Part shown: positions 38,810 through 53,769 of the stretch, piece after piece
How positions within the stretch are numbered: position 1 is the stretch's first letter
How the letters are laid out: each line of letters starts with the position of its first letter
Source: Auanema rhodensis
Lineage: Eukaryota > Animalia > Nematoda
NCBI GenBank assembly: GCA_964057225.1
Contig: OZ059894.1
Location: 10,292,001-10,356,000 of the forward strand
Direction of reading: 5' to 3'
DNA: 64,000 nt
The notes under the pieces: model-generated
What the model saw: the letters and a program-made list of their open reading frames with translations, nothing else
Database searches by the model: none
What the model was told of the DNA's origin: nothing
Translations under genes and position numbers: made by a program

Positions 38810-40569
38810 ATGCTTGTTAGACTAAGAGGGACCCTTGCTGGATATAGAATCGTTAGAACACTTTGTGATGGTAAAGGATTTAAAAGTATTTTATCTGATA
38901 GTAGAGTAGTGAGTCCATTTGCTGATCCTAGAAGAAATAGAAAGGTAGGTTGATCTTGTCAAAACTGAAAAAAAAATTTTTTTTAGGCTCAGCCAATTTC
39001 TGAGAGAGAAATTTCTTCTAGTGTACAAGTTGAAGCAAAATTTGAACCTCCAAAAAATGAATTTGTTCCTCCTGTGAAGACTAGTGTCGTTCAGGAATCT
39101 GTGGAGGCAAGATAAGATATAATTTCGAAAAAAATTTTCCCTTTTCAGCCAAAAGTGGCGGTAAAAAAAGAAACCGAAACAGAGTCCAGTGATATCGATG
39201 CTCTCAAAGCATCACTCGAGAAATTGGAACAATTATCAGCTGAGGCTAAGAACTCTGATAACAGTGGTAAAAGTAGCGGAGGCTCGGGCGAGGTACGGTT
39301 TTGTAGAATTTAATGTTAAATTCATGATTTTCATTCAGGAGTTCGATCATGAAGCTGAATCAGAGAAGAGAAGAAAGAGAATGGAACGGAATACAAAAAT
39401 CACTGGAGCTGTCTTCTTTGGTGGTTCAATTATTGGTTTCATATCGTTTTGCTTCTATTATGGTTAGAATTTCTTAATACATTTTATTATTGTCAATCTT
39501 TTCAGGAAGAGCTAAACGTGACGAGGAAGGTAATGTTATATCTGATGAGCATACAGGTAAACTGTTAGCTCCTCTTTACCGGATCTATGATGGCGTCTTC
39601 CAATGGAGAGATGTAAGTATTCGACTCTTTTTTCAGTATTTTCAAACAAATTGTTAAGTTTGTCGTTGAACCTGCTCGTGAAAAATTACTTCCCGACCCA
39701 CTTGCTCCACCATATGTGCAACCAAAGTATACATTAGTCATTGAATTAAAGAATATTCTCGTAGCACCTGAATGGACTTATAAAACAGGATATAGGTATA
39801 TCTGTGATTTTATTAAAATTCAATAATTTCTTGCTGATTCAAGATTCGCTAAGAGACCAGCATTAGATTACTTCTTAGATGTAATTGGTTATCCAAATTA
39901 TGAGGCAAGTTGTTTAATTTAATTTTAATTATGATCAAACTTAATTAAGGTTGTTATCTATACAAGTGAATCTGCTATGACTGCTATTCCTGTCATTGAG
40001 AGTATCGATCCCAAGCAAAGAATCATGTTCAAATTGTGCAGAGATTGCACGAAGTATGCTAATGGACATCATATCAAGGTTCGAAATTTATTTTATTTTC
40101 AAATTTTATTCAAATATTGTGTACATTTCAGGATTTGTCAAAATTGAATCGTGATCTATCTAAAGTTATTTTCCTCGAGTTTGACGGAAAATCTGGTCAA
40201 TTAAATCCTGAAAACATGCTTCTTGTTCCTGAATGGAAGGGAAATATGGACGATACTTCTCTTGTTGATTTAGCTGAACTTCTGAAAAGTTTTATAATCA
40301 TTCTTTACATTTTTTAAATTTGCTTCTTTTAGCAATTTACTTATCCGATGTGGACGATGTTCGTCCAACTATTCAGTACTATTCTCAATTCGACGATCCC
40401 GCTAAGGAATTCCGTAGAAGAGCAATGTATTTAGCTGAACAGGTGTGACATATCTTTTTTTCATAATAAATTCAACTTTAATTAGGAGGAGAAAAAGAAA
40501 TCCGAACCTGAAGAAGCTTCTGTCTTGAAAAAGTATTCCGGTGGATTGTTCGGTTTCCGAAGAAGGTGA
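38810..40569 (+). CDS. scpl-4: Mitochondrial import inner membrane translocase subunit TIM50 (SCP/FCP1-like domain)
   Basis: Arg-rich presequence, single TM ([22 protein letters not shown]), [54 protein letters not shown]-like LNPEN motif. Confidence 0.93.
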
Positions 40570-42950
40570 AGAATAAACTGAATTCCGAACTTAATAAATC
40601 TCCTGTTCTATTCTATCATGAAATTTAGATTTATTTCTTTATTTTACTTATGTTGGTGACATATTTGAAAACATATTGTATGGGTTATCCTTTGATCTAA
40701 AGTTGTAACCACAAATAGCATCTCGCTAGGGTTACCGTGACTCAAGCTGGGAACCGTCTCTATTGCTAGCTTAATTAGAGTATTCTAGATTTTTTGTTTT
40801 TTTTGACAGCTGTTTTAATACCCTTTAGTCATTTCTTAAAAATTATTATTCTTTGTTGTTGTTGTTTCTTCATCTTTTAGTTGTTCAATAAAAGAGTTTT
40901 AATATATACACATATATATTCTTCAATGAGTATACAAGGATACCTCAATCCTATTTATTTATTTTTCATGAGATATTCATTTTTTGTTGTTGTTTGTGCA
41001 TGTTTTTGTACCATCTACTTCCTTATAGCTTATCTTTTCATTCATGCTGGTTTCAATTTCCTTTACCGGAGCTTTGCATCCTTTGTCTTCGCACGGAAAC
41101 ATGAACTGTCGATTTTTAAAAAACACCAAAGCAATTGAATGTTCTCCGTATTTGTCATATCAAAAAACTTCTTTTCTTTTCCAGATTTTATAGGTTTTTT
41201 CTAATCCTCTCTATGTTTCGCTTTCAATCAGTCAATTAGTTTTTCTTCGTAGTTTTTCCTTGTGACTTGTAATGAAATTCATAATTAATACAGCATTCCT
41301 CTTCGTATTATTTACATTTCTCGTTTTCAAGATCTATTAGATTTATTTCAAAAAACTTTCGCTTTCTATATCCAATTCTCTTCTTTTTTTCACCACATAT
41401 ATGTGTACTCATATGTACCTAATTTAACTTTTTCATTAATACTAATCGACTTTTTTTTTCAGTTTCCTGTCATTAGCTACCTACATAGTTTTTTAATTCT
41501 GTTTATAACTATAAGTGTTATTAACCTTCTAGGTCAATTCAGCGTGGCATTGTATGATCGTCTGCTGACCAAATAGCATCCCTTAACCATGGTAAGCATT
41601 TTCATAATTTTATAAAAATAAATATTTTTTGAATTGTCTCTCTTCGAGTGTTTTCATCCGGTATTTTTCACTAATATTCAAAAAAGGAGGAATCAATAAT
41701 AGGAGCCTATTATAAATATGATTCTAATTGTTCTCAGTCACAACAATACCTTTGAAGTGACCTCCTGGTCGTATTTACTTCTTATGTAACTTCTTCATAT
41801 AGTTCGCCTGCTTGTCATCTATCTTCTTAAGCCTTGTATTTATCTTTCTTTCAATCGTCATAGCTAAGCCTCTCTTTATCTGACTGTATACAGGAGAAAC
41901 GGGAGGAGGAGTTCTAGGGTGACGGGGGCTGACGAATGAACGGAGTATAATCCTCATCATTCGTCCTCGTGTTTCTCCCCCTCCCTGTGTTTTTAAGAAA
42001 CAAGTACCGTCTCCACTCTGAATCTGTCACACTCCTAAGATGTCATCATCTTTCTAACATGATCCTGCTTTTGTCTTGGATGAATGATCCCGATCCGGTC
42101 ATATTTATCATTGACTTGAAGGAGATTCCTTTCATTACTCCTAGTATATCTTTCCACTTTTCTTTCTTCTTCATTTCATCATTCGTTTCCCCGTAGTTGC
42201 AAATTCAGCTCTAGGGAGTAGAATCATGGCCATTCGACCATCGTCCTTTTCTGTCTCCCAGTTTTCTTGCAATTCTTCTCTTACATATCATTCGCGATTT
42301 TAATTAATTTCCATTCACTGTTTTATTAATATCAAACCTTGCTGTTAGCCATTTGCAGTTTTCGATTTTTCTCTCCAAAACTATATTTATATACTGATGA
42401 GAACAACTTCTCAGCCGAAGTTTTCACTCTTGTGAAACAATTTAAGTAAACAACTTGTAGATCGGGCCTGAAAAGGTTCTTTTTCTCCTTATAAGTATTT
42501 ATTCACTTCTTTCCATCTTTTTGCATATTCAATAGAAAAACACAAGGAGAGTAAGAGTTGTAGTACTAGCGACAAGGTATAAGACGTAGTGAGTGATAGA
42601 GCATAGAGTTTCTCATTCAATATCGCACATCCGCATCTGAATTTTTAATTTCCACCATGCAAATCATCATTAAATCCATACTGACACTCTCGCCGCAGGC
42701 TTGTTTTGTAAATATTTGATTTTAGTTTGATAACATGAGGAAAACGCCAGTTTTGAAAATATGGTTTTGCGAATCCCATTTGCTCAAACAGTCTAGTTTT
42801 CCGATTTAAAGTATTGATCGTTTTTGTGTCTGTTGAAAACTGCGGAAAAAATATCAATTGTCTCATATTAAAAGTCGAAAAACCAAACTTTACACTTTTT
42901 ACGTGAAAAAGTTCTTGAAATAACCTTCAATGTTGCAGAAGTTTGTACTA

Positions 42951-44562
<1,612 letters not shown>

Positions 44563-47500
44563 TTTTGTATTTTGTTACTTTCTACAGGTTCAGATGTGTA
44601 TTTCACAATTTATGTTCTTCTAATTGCATCAAAGGTTCCATACACTGAAAGATACTTTTTGTATTTAATAATATATATTATATTCTCTTTTCATTTTTAT
44701 TATCGCCAATTAATACTTTTCTTAATATTCACTAATTATATTAATTAAATTTTCCTTTTTCGTTTTACTCTTTATATAATCCTTCTCTCCCTTTCTAGTT
44801 CTATTTTCTTCACTTCTCTTTGTTTATAAAACGAAAGGCGGGTTTGCCAGCTTGATTTTCCCTAAGAACTTTTATTATCTAGTTTCTTGGTATCTGCTTT
44901 ACATTAATTCCGAATTTTACCTGAGAATATTTCAAAATGTTAAAAATTTCTGTCATTGTTTCTCAAGGAATAAAGATTTACCTATAATTTCAATGCCTCT
45001 CTTCTTTGTTTAACATGTACTTTTCGGTTCCAGATCAGTGCATGATACTATGTAGTGAAGAAATCTTTTTTCTTTAATTAATATTATTATTATTGAAATA
45101 ATATCTTAGTAGTACCCGTGGGGCTTGGTTCATGCACCTAATGTATTGCCTGTCTTCAACATTCGATGCTCATATTTCCGCTTGCTGAAACATGCTAACC
45201 CTGGAAATCTGGGCAATCATCCCGGAAAAATCTCAGAGAACTTACTTCCTAGAATTATGACCTCGAAATCATTTACTTTGGCTATAAGTTTATTGGCCGG
45301 AAAGTCAAATGACATTTCCAAGGTAAATTTACGAAACATCAAGTTCTCAAAATGGGAAAAGAAGAAAAAAGCTCTGTTCCCTTATATGCTTTTTCAAGTT
45401 TTCTGAGGAAAACTTCAATGGATCAATGATGAAAAACGTTATCCTGGCTGAAATTTCCGAAAAGTTTTGGAACGTCAAGTGAGAATCGAATTCCGTTCAT
45501 TAACCGGAAAACGTTCTCTTCTTTCTTGTTGACTTTGCTGAATTCAACTTGTATGAATATAATCTGTTCATTGTCTAAATACATATGAGGATGATGATGA
45601 TGATGAATATTGAATATCTCATTGTATATTTAGAATTCAAAACATTTGTCAAATCAATAGGTTCTGTTGGCTCAAAGTTCACCCGTAAGATTGAGTGGAC
45701 AATGATAAATCTCTTTAGCAATAAACAAATGTATTAAAAGCTTAAAAGTTTGACCTTCGAGGGCGGGAAATCTTAGCACATTAGCAAAGAATCCTCTTCT
45801 TTATCCATACTTCAATGAATTTTCATTTTCTCTCTCTCTGTCTGTCTTTGAAGTTTCATGGAAACTATAAGTTTGTTTTTGACATTTTTGAAATTCACAT
45901 AAACATCTTCAGAAATCTTCACTTTGCTTCATTCCTTTCACCAAAAAATGTTGCCATGTTCATGTGAAAATGCATTGAATTTGAAATCTTGTCAAAATTA
46001 ATATTATTAATATGTGATGGCTTCGTGAAAGTGGAAAACTATGAAACTAAAGCTCATGCCTCCTGAGACTAAGGAAAGGAAGACGAGCTTGTGGGAGATC
46101 ACAAAAAGGGCAAATGAGAGAATGAGTGAAGGTTATTATTCTGCAGGCGGTGCCACGATGATGGGCTCATCTGGACCGGCCCTTTATTGCAAGTCAACTA
46201 CGAGCATGCTAAACTCTGGTTATACCTTTCTACCTCTCCATGTTCATTCCCTATCTCTTCTGGAACTTATATATATAGCCTACTCCAGCAGTTGTCCAGC
46301 ATTGTCTTTGCAGAGATCATTCGACAGAGATTATAGAGCATTGCCAATATTGGAATCCGTTTTCTTAGCGAAGTGTGCAAATAGTACGCCTGCGGCAGCC
46401 CCATGTTTCAATTTAATCCACATTTCTTGGAAGAAATCAAAAACTCTTATGAATATTCGTTTAAATTCTTTATTTTAAATTGTTCAAATAGAACTTAGTT
46501 AAGTTCTCTTGCAAAGAAAATAAGTTTTTAATAATAAAACTGATCGAATATGAGCTAGAAGGACATGTTTTAATGTCAATTTTTATGTTATTTCTATGTT
46601 TCCGTCTAATTATTCCGTCTGAACACTTTCGATTTGAGTTCAAATCTGAATTTCCTTTTCGCATTGCATAATGCTCACAGGGTTTGTTCATCAACATCAG
46701 AAAGCTGGATGTTGAAATATCTCTTCACTCCTTCCTGAGCTCAAACATTGTGTCATTTCCTTCGAAACTAAAAAAATGTTTTTTCTTGCGGAAGTGGTTG
46801 AATGCTTTTAAAGAAAGATAAAGAGAGAGACCCAGAAAGAGAGAGAGAGATAGATAGATAGAGAGAGAAGCTAGATAAGAAAACATGATAGCATCATCAC
46901 GATTTGGATGCTTGTAGCATATCTTCAGGTGTCCTTCTTCGTCACATCCATGCATATACGTAATGAAGCCGACTGCTTACTGGCTGCTGGCTCATCCCTC
47001 CCCTTTTTCACTATTTCGTTGTTTTTTCTTGTGATTTCGTTAAAGTTTTCTCATTATTACAGTTGTTTTTGTCGTTTTGCCTTTCTATTTTCTATAAAAA
47101 TTTGATAAAATATGTTAAAAAAACAAAGTCATCACGAAGGTTATATGGTTAAGTAATTTTGTATAAAAAATTAATTATTTATATAGTTGACGTCTTTGGA
47201 TGAAGTTATTCCATTCTAAATATGTTTAATAGTAAACCTTTGCTTGCAAAAATAATAATTATTCTTATAATTATTAATATTCTCATCTGTATGTAAATAA
47301 AATTCTCGAATTTTTTAATTTCCATCTTTATCGTTTTCCATTCCAAAAAAAAACTCTTTTATCCGGTTATATGTACGTTTTTAAGCCAATTTTCTGTTTT
47401 CACTCTTCATAACAATAAATTTTGACAAATCTCCTTTATAAGCCATTAAACTCGAATGATTTTGACTATAGATGAAGCACCTGAGGATGTGTAAAGGCGT

Positions 47501-49488
47501 GAGTGAATGTGGTGCTTGTATGTGCTTTCTCGGACGTATCCCAGTTTCAGCTTATAATCAACTGTCCAGAATCACATACATGAATCCTTTTATGGCTTTC
47601 ATTTGGTCTATGTATCTCGTGTTATGTCCTCAATTCATCATCTTATAGCTATTTCTATCATATTTTTTATTTCATAATCTAATTTAGTCGCTGATCATAA
47701 GCCTACACATACATGTACATGCATACATATACTACATGTATACATATGTATCTAACCAACTTATGTTGCAACTTGATCTTAAGAGTATTGACAAAGATCT
47801 ATACACGTACATCATGCTTATGTATTGTTCATCGAGTCATGTTCTCACCTACCAAATTAGTTTATCAGGATTGTTTGACTAGTATCCCAAGCTTATGTCA
47901 CTTCGTTCCGTAAAATATAATCTGTTTTTTCCAAATTGATATTGTCATCAGCATAAAACCTTTCACTATCATTCTCTACCTCATTGCTTAGGCTATTCCT
48001 CCTTGTTTTCTCTTAAAGCTCGTGTTCTAACTAAGAATCATGAATTAGTCGTCCTTCTTGCTCATCACAAGTATTCGTCATCGTCCCGACAACTAGAACT
48101 TCAGCAATCACTCACATATCCTACATGCTTCTTGCTATTTTTACTTTTTACAGAACTCTCTCGTTAACTTTAGCATCAAATTTCGGATCTTTTCAAGCCT
48201 GAAATGCTGGCAGTTCGAGTTTTGTGGTTGCACTGCTCATTTCGATCTTGTTCCTAGGTTCTACCCTTTTTCTAAATTGTAGTATTCGATGGTGTAATCT
48301 AAGTTTGTCTCTCTCCCTCTGTTATTCTTTTTGAATTTTCATTTTAATTTTCCTTCATTGCGAGCATTGAACAGCATTGATGTCACATTTAATCCAACTT
48401 TCTTACAAGCCTAGTCCTTTCGTACCTTCCTCAGAGCAATTCATTCTATTGTTCCTTTCTACATATTCATCTGTATTTCCATTTAACTATTTAACTCTCA
48501 GCTCCTTTTTTCAGTTTCCTCTTTCTTTCTGTCGAATAGTTTTATTTGAACTTCATCAAGCTTCAAATCTCTTGTTTTCAATATTTTTGAGCAAAAAACT
48601 AATAAAACACCAGAACATTGAGGTGTGAATATAGATCAAAAAGTTTTTATTTCGATTGTTTCAACTGGAAAATGTTTTCGCCAGAAGTTATTTGGACTCA
48701 ACCAAAAAGAGCACACAATGATGTAAGAGTATTCAGTAGAAACATGTGGTTTTCCAACTAATTTCAATTCGTTTGTATGCTTATCATGATTCAAACAACC
48801 TGCAATTCAATGATGGCTTTTCAAATGAAACATACATGCATATGTATTTCAATTTTAAGAGATGACACTTCAAATAAGGAAGACAGAGAGAGAGAGAGAG
48901 AGAGAAAGACATGGAAAATATTTATTTCCTTGATCTCTTTGATCACTCACTTTTACTGAAATCGTTAATCATTTCAATGTCTACATACATACATACATGA
49001 GTGTAGATGTCTTTTCTTAAATACTAAGCACTAACTACTGTAATCGAAGATGTCTAATTCTCATTAAAGTTTGTTTAAAAATTAACAAACGAAGTTATGA
49101 CTACGCCATTAACCACAGTCAGAAGTTTTTATATTTCCTCACAGTATTTTTCTTTTGTTTTACTTCATTTTGAGGAAATTTTTTTTCGTAAAAGTGAAGA
49201 AAGTCCACTTTTCTCAATATTTATGTACATAACATCTTATAAACTACGGCATTGCATTAGAATGAAACTGATATTTGACTCTGAGAATAGCGTGAAAGAG
49301 CAGATGTCATCGTTAACCAGTTGGATCTACTGTTCCCGTTTTCTTAATTCGCTACATGACTCCTTGGAAATTGGCCTTTCTATGCAAATTTAGTTCAATG
49401 TCCTCCATGCTTTAGCTCTTGTACTTTTGGTTGATACGAACCCGATCCGGAGTATTTCTGCAGCAACTTTTTCAATTTTCCAATTCAG

Positions 49489-49525
<37 letters not shown>

Positions 49526-49571
49526 TACTTTCTCTCTCTCTCTCTCTCTCTCTCTTACTTTCTCTCTCTCT
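49489..49571. repeat. Interrupted (TC)n microsatellite
   Basis: TC runs interrupted twice by TTACTT. Confidence 0.9.
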
Positions 49572-50835
49572 TTTTCATTTTTGGCATGAATGAGTAAGCT
49601 CTTCTTTCCATTAAACTTTTTCTTTTCTACACACCTTCGTTTTGCATTAAAATATGAAAAAATTATAAAATTGGCATTAGAATGTTGGAACAACTTATGT
49701 TACATCACATGCCACCTAAAAGCTTGTCAACTTAGCTCTTTCCAACAACCTAAAACGGAAATTATCAGCAACACTGTATATAAATGAATCTTCTTCTACA
49801 AACATCTAATTTGTTTAGAACTTTACTCTTCCATAACGTCTTGCTTATATTTTTATTTTTCAATATCTGGGTTCTCTTTATGCTGTCCCTGTTTCCCTCT
49901 CTCTCTCCCTCTCTTCCTCACTCTCTCTTATAGACTTGCAATCTCTCTTTTATTGTTTTCATAAATAAAAATCTTTTTATGGCTCTCTCATAAAGAGTTT
50001 TGATCGTGAATGCCTGTTGTTAGTTTACCATCTCCAAGAGCTTCCTACTCCCCCCCCCCCTTAATATGGATGGTTACTAACAATATTCCGTTCACAATTA
50101 TTATTCCTTTTTTTCTTTTTTCTTTTTTCTTTTTTCTTTTTTAAATTTTATATTTTATTTTGAAAAATTTATTGTTATTTCTACATTAAATCACAAATTT
50201 CGTTGACCACTTTGGTATGTAATCTAATAAACAATTAAATAAATTACCTAATTTACCTTATAAAAGATTCGAATAAAATATGTAGAGAGAACAAAAAAAT
50301 TTGAAAAATAAAATAAAATGAGAATTTTCATCTTTTTTTTCTTTCTTTTTCTTCAAAAACGATATTATTATTACTTACATTTATATAAATGAAGAAAGAC
50401 TAATTGTGTCAGACGATGAATAAGAGACGAAACTGAAACCCGAAAAGCGATGAAGTAATGAAAATGGAGGAAAATAGGGAGTTGAATGATGTACATACAG
50501 AGAAAGAGTAAAAGAGAAAAAGAGATAGAGAGAATTGCTCTTAAATAGTTTAAGTTTAAGAGATTTTCTATATGTACAAAGAGAGAGAGGGAGGATAAGA
50601 TAAGGAGAGAATAAGAAATATGCAACAATAGTACCAAGAGAGACTGCTTGAGCTGCACACAACCGATTAAACAACGTTTCAGCTGCTCCATCTCAATCCA
50701 TCTAATATTCTCATCTATTTTTACTATAATAATGTTTTAAAAAATTGGAAAATATAATAAATATAGGAAATGCATATGCTTCACTGATAGTATACTACAA
50801 GTTAATGAGCTTAGGATTCAGTATATAACTTGCGC

Positions 50836-50838
<3 letters not shown>

Positions 50839-50893
<55 letters not shown>
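50839..50893. repeat. (CT)n microsatellite, ~27 units
   Basis: Perfect CT run. Confidence 0.95.
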
Positions 50894-50896
<3 letters not shown>

Positions 50897-52218
50897 TCCT
50901 TCATTTCTTTCTTTTAGTTAAAAAAAAATAAAACTGTGACTAGTCGTCAGCTATTTAATTATTTCAAAATTTTTGAATAATTGTTTATAATTATCTCACA
51001 AAAATAGTTTCTTCCATTTATATTATTATTTCGTGCATGATCAAGTAAATTCTATTAATAAATTACATACTTGAAGGAAAAAAAGCCTCATTGCAACAAT
51101 AATTGGTCCAAAACGTCAGAATTAAGATAGATTTTTCATTTCTTCATTTATTTGATCTTAACAATCTTATATTTTATCTATCTTTGTTTTCTTTTTTTCT
51201 CTCTCTTTCTCTATATGTATAAAACACAAAAAAAAGAAACTTTAACAAGTTACTACGTAGGCTGCTTGGCTGGCGATGTCATGAAGGAATTAAAATCCTC
51301 AAAATCTATTTCGATAAAATGTGTGTTGAGAGGCTTCCTTATCAACGACTTAATCCATTTCGCTTATGCCACCACCTCGTTCAAATTCATATGTCAATCT
51401 TACTCTTGTCATTCTACTCACCCGTGTTACCACACATGAACATGCTGTTACTTATTCTTCCAACAAACATTATTTTCATTCAAAAACTTTCCGTAACCTT
51501 ATTCATCTTTGCTCTTCTTTATTCAAAGTGAAAGTTATCAAATCTACCAATTACCTATATCTTTCAAATATTGAGATTGTTCTTCAATAAAATTTTCAAT
51601 AATATTTTTGTTTTTAGAATTCTTTTACTTTTACTAGAACTCTATTCATATATTATGATCTTACTGATCTTTCTTTTACTGCTGCTTCTTCATCATCATC
51701 ATCATCATCCTCTACTTCTTTGACTTCTTCCCTCGCTTTTTCCCCTTCATTTGCATATACGGTGCATATGCCACGTGTGAATGCTGATTCACGTAATTCA
51801 CTCATCATCTTATTCGATTTTTCAATTGACTGATCAAATAAGCGATTAAAAAAATTGTGTATTTCTTAAAATTTCTATAATTGTTTCAATTAATTCAAGT
51901 TTTAATTGATTAGTATGTATATAACTTAACTATATAAATATATCAAAATACATACGTATAGATAACACTATATCTTTATATACATATGTATGTATCTTCA
52001 TATATCTATGAAACTATAGTATATATCTAGTTATAGTTAATATATTTTTATATGTATTATACTAGTATTATATACAGTATCTGAAAAAAAAATGAAGTCA
52101 GTGGTATGAATGGCAAATTCTATAGACATCAGTAGAAGATGACGCCATTAAAGCCAGTGTATACATATATGTGTGGCTGTATGGCTGTGTGGTTGTGTGG
52201 TTGTGTGGTATCTTTCTG

Positions 52219-52244
52219 TCTCTCTCTCTCTCTCTATCTCTCTA

Positions 52245-52275
<31 letters not shown>

Positions 52276-52316
52276 CCTTTATGATATCACATAATATATA
52301 TATATATATATATATA
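52219..52316. repeat. Compound (TC)n/(TA)n microsatellite
   Basis: Directly visible. Confidence 0.85.
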
Positions 52317-53648
52317 GTATAAGAAATCGTTCAGAACATATGGATGCGTTAAATACACGAGTTATTATTCTCATGATATGGATAAACATTAAGAAAATGC
52401 AACATAATGATCATTTCAGAAAGATAGAAAGAAATAGAGAGGGAGGAACAATATTAGATGATTTTGACTTTAACAGCCTTTGACTTTTTCCAGCTCAAAC
52501 CACTTATGACTAATAATACCCCGCTTATTTGATTCTAATAACATAGCATCAGCCACAAAAAAAGTGATAAAAGAGGATATATAGAAGATAAAGTAACTGA
52601 GATCCCTATAATATTACATTATTTCTAAAAGGATCAATATGGGTGATAGAAGGTGAGGATAATAGTGAAGCCAACTAATAAGAGGTTCGTAGATGAATTT
52701 TAATTCTTCTTTCTCAGACAATAATATCTGATAGTAGGCGCTTGTAACATCTTCTTTCAACATCATATCATCATGATATCTCAAAATCTTTTCTAAAAAT
52801 CATTGAAAATCTATAGTAAAAGCGAATATGTATGTGTATATACATATAGTATATGTATCTTTTATATATAAGCAGCTCCATATTCTATATAGATAGATAG
52901 ATATTGACTTGAAATCTTTATCTTTTCGTCTCATTCGTGTTATTTATTTTTCCTTTGCTCCTTGACACATCATTATTGTTCTTTATCTTCTCTTTAAAAA
53001 TAAATTTAGTAGATATTAAGCTTAAGCTTTCATATAATCATCTAATTAATATTCTAAACTATATGATATGGTTAACGTTTCTTCCAGATTTACTTTATTT
53101 CTATTTTGATTTTATCAAGTCATTATTCATTAAACAAAAATTATTTCTTTACCTCCTTGTGTGTCTCACTCACTCTCACTCACTCTAATGTTTTCAGTAC
53201 AGACACACAACATTCGTCTCATTTTTTTTTCAAAAATATTTAAGTTAAATGACCTTTTATACGAGCAAAAAATTGTCTCTTTTTATTATAATTCATTCAA
53301 AAGAATTTAGTTTGATTTATACAATATATTTCAAAAAAAAGCTTTTAATTTCTTTTCTTTTCAACATCTTCATTATGAACTTCCGCTTTTACGAACATTG
53401 GTAGACTTTACGAACATTTAGAGATGAATGTTGTGGACAAAAATTTATTATTTTGTTTTTCTTTCTACTTCTATGCGTGCTTGTTTCAACTTCTCTTTAA
53501 AGACATACGATATCATCTGCCGTAAAATTAACAAAATTATATTTAAATCTTCTATTTTAATATTTTTTTTATCCTTTTTCAACGAACTTCCTCTTGTTTT
53601 TTCTATTGTTTTTCATACATTTTTAACAACAAAATGAAAGGAAAAGAT

Positions 53649-53689
53649 TCTCTCTCTCTCTCTCTCTCTCGCTTCTAATGAGTTGTAAA

Positions 53690-53725
<36 letters not shown>
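53649..53725. repeat. (TC)n followed by (TA)n microsatellite just upstream of the GPCR start
   Basis: TC run 53649-53670 and TA run 53691-53725. Confidence 0.9.
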
Positions 53726-53727
<2 letters not shown>

Positions 53728-53769
53728 ATATACATATATAGTATAGATTCTCAAGTTAGATTATTACAG

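Noticed and set aside
48201-48243. Hairpin GAAATG..GCAGT/ACTGC..CATTTC as a pre-miRNA
   Set aside because: About 43 nt, too short, and no recognised seed.
46700-53700. Numerous 60-110 aa ORFs rich in F/L/S/I or ER repeats
   Set aside because: Translations of AT-rich and CT/GA microsatellite sequence, with no splice-consistent gene model.
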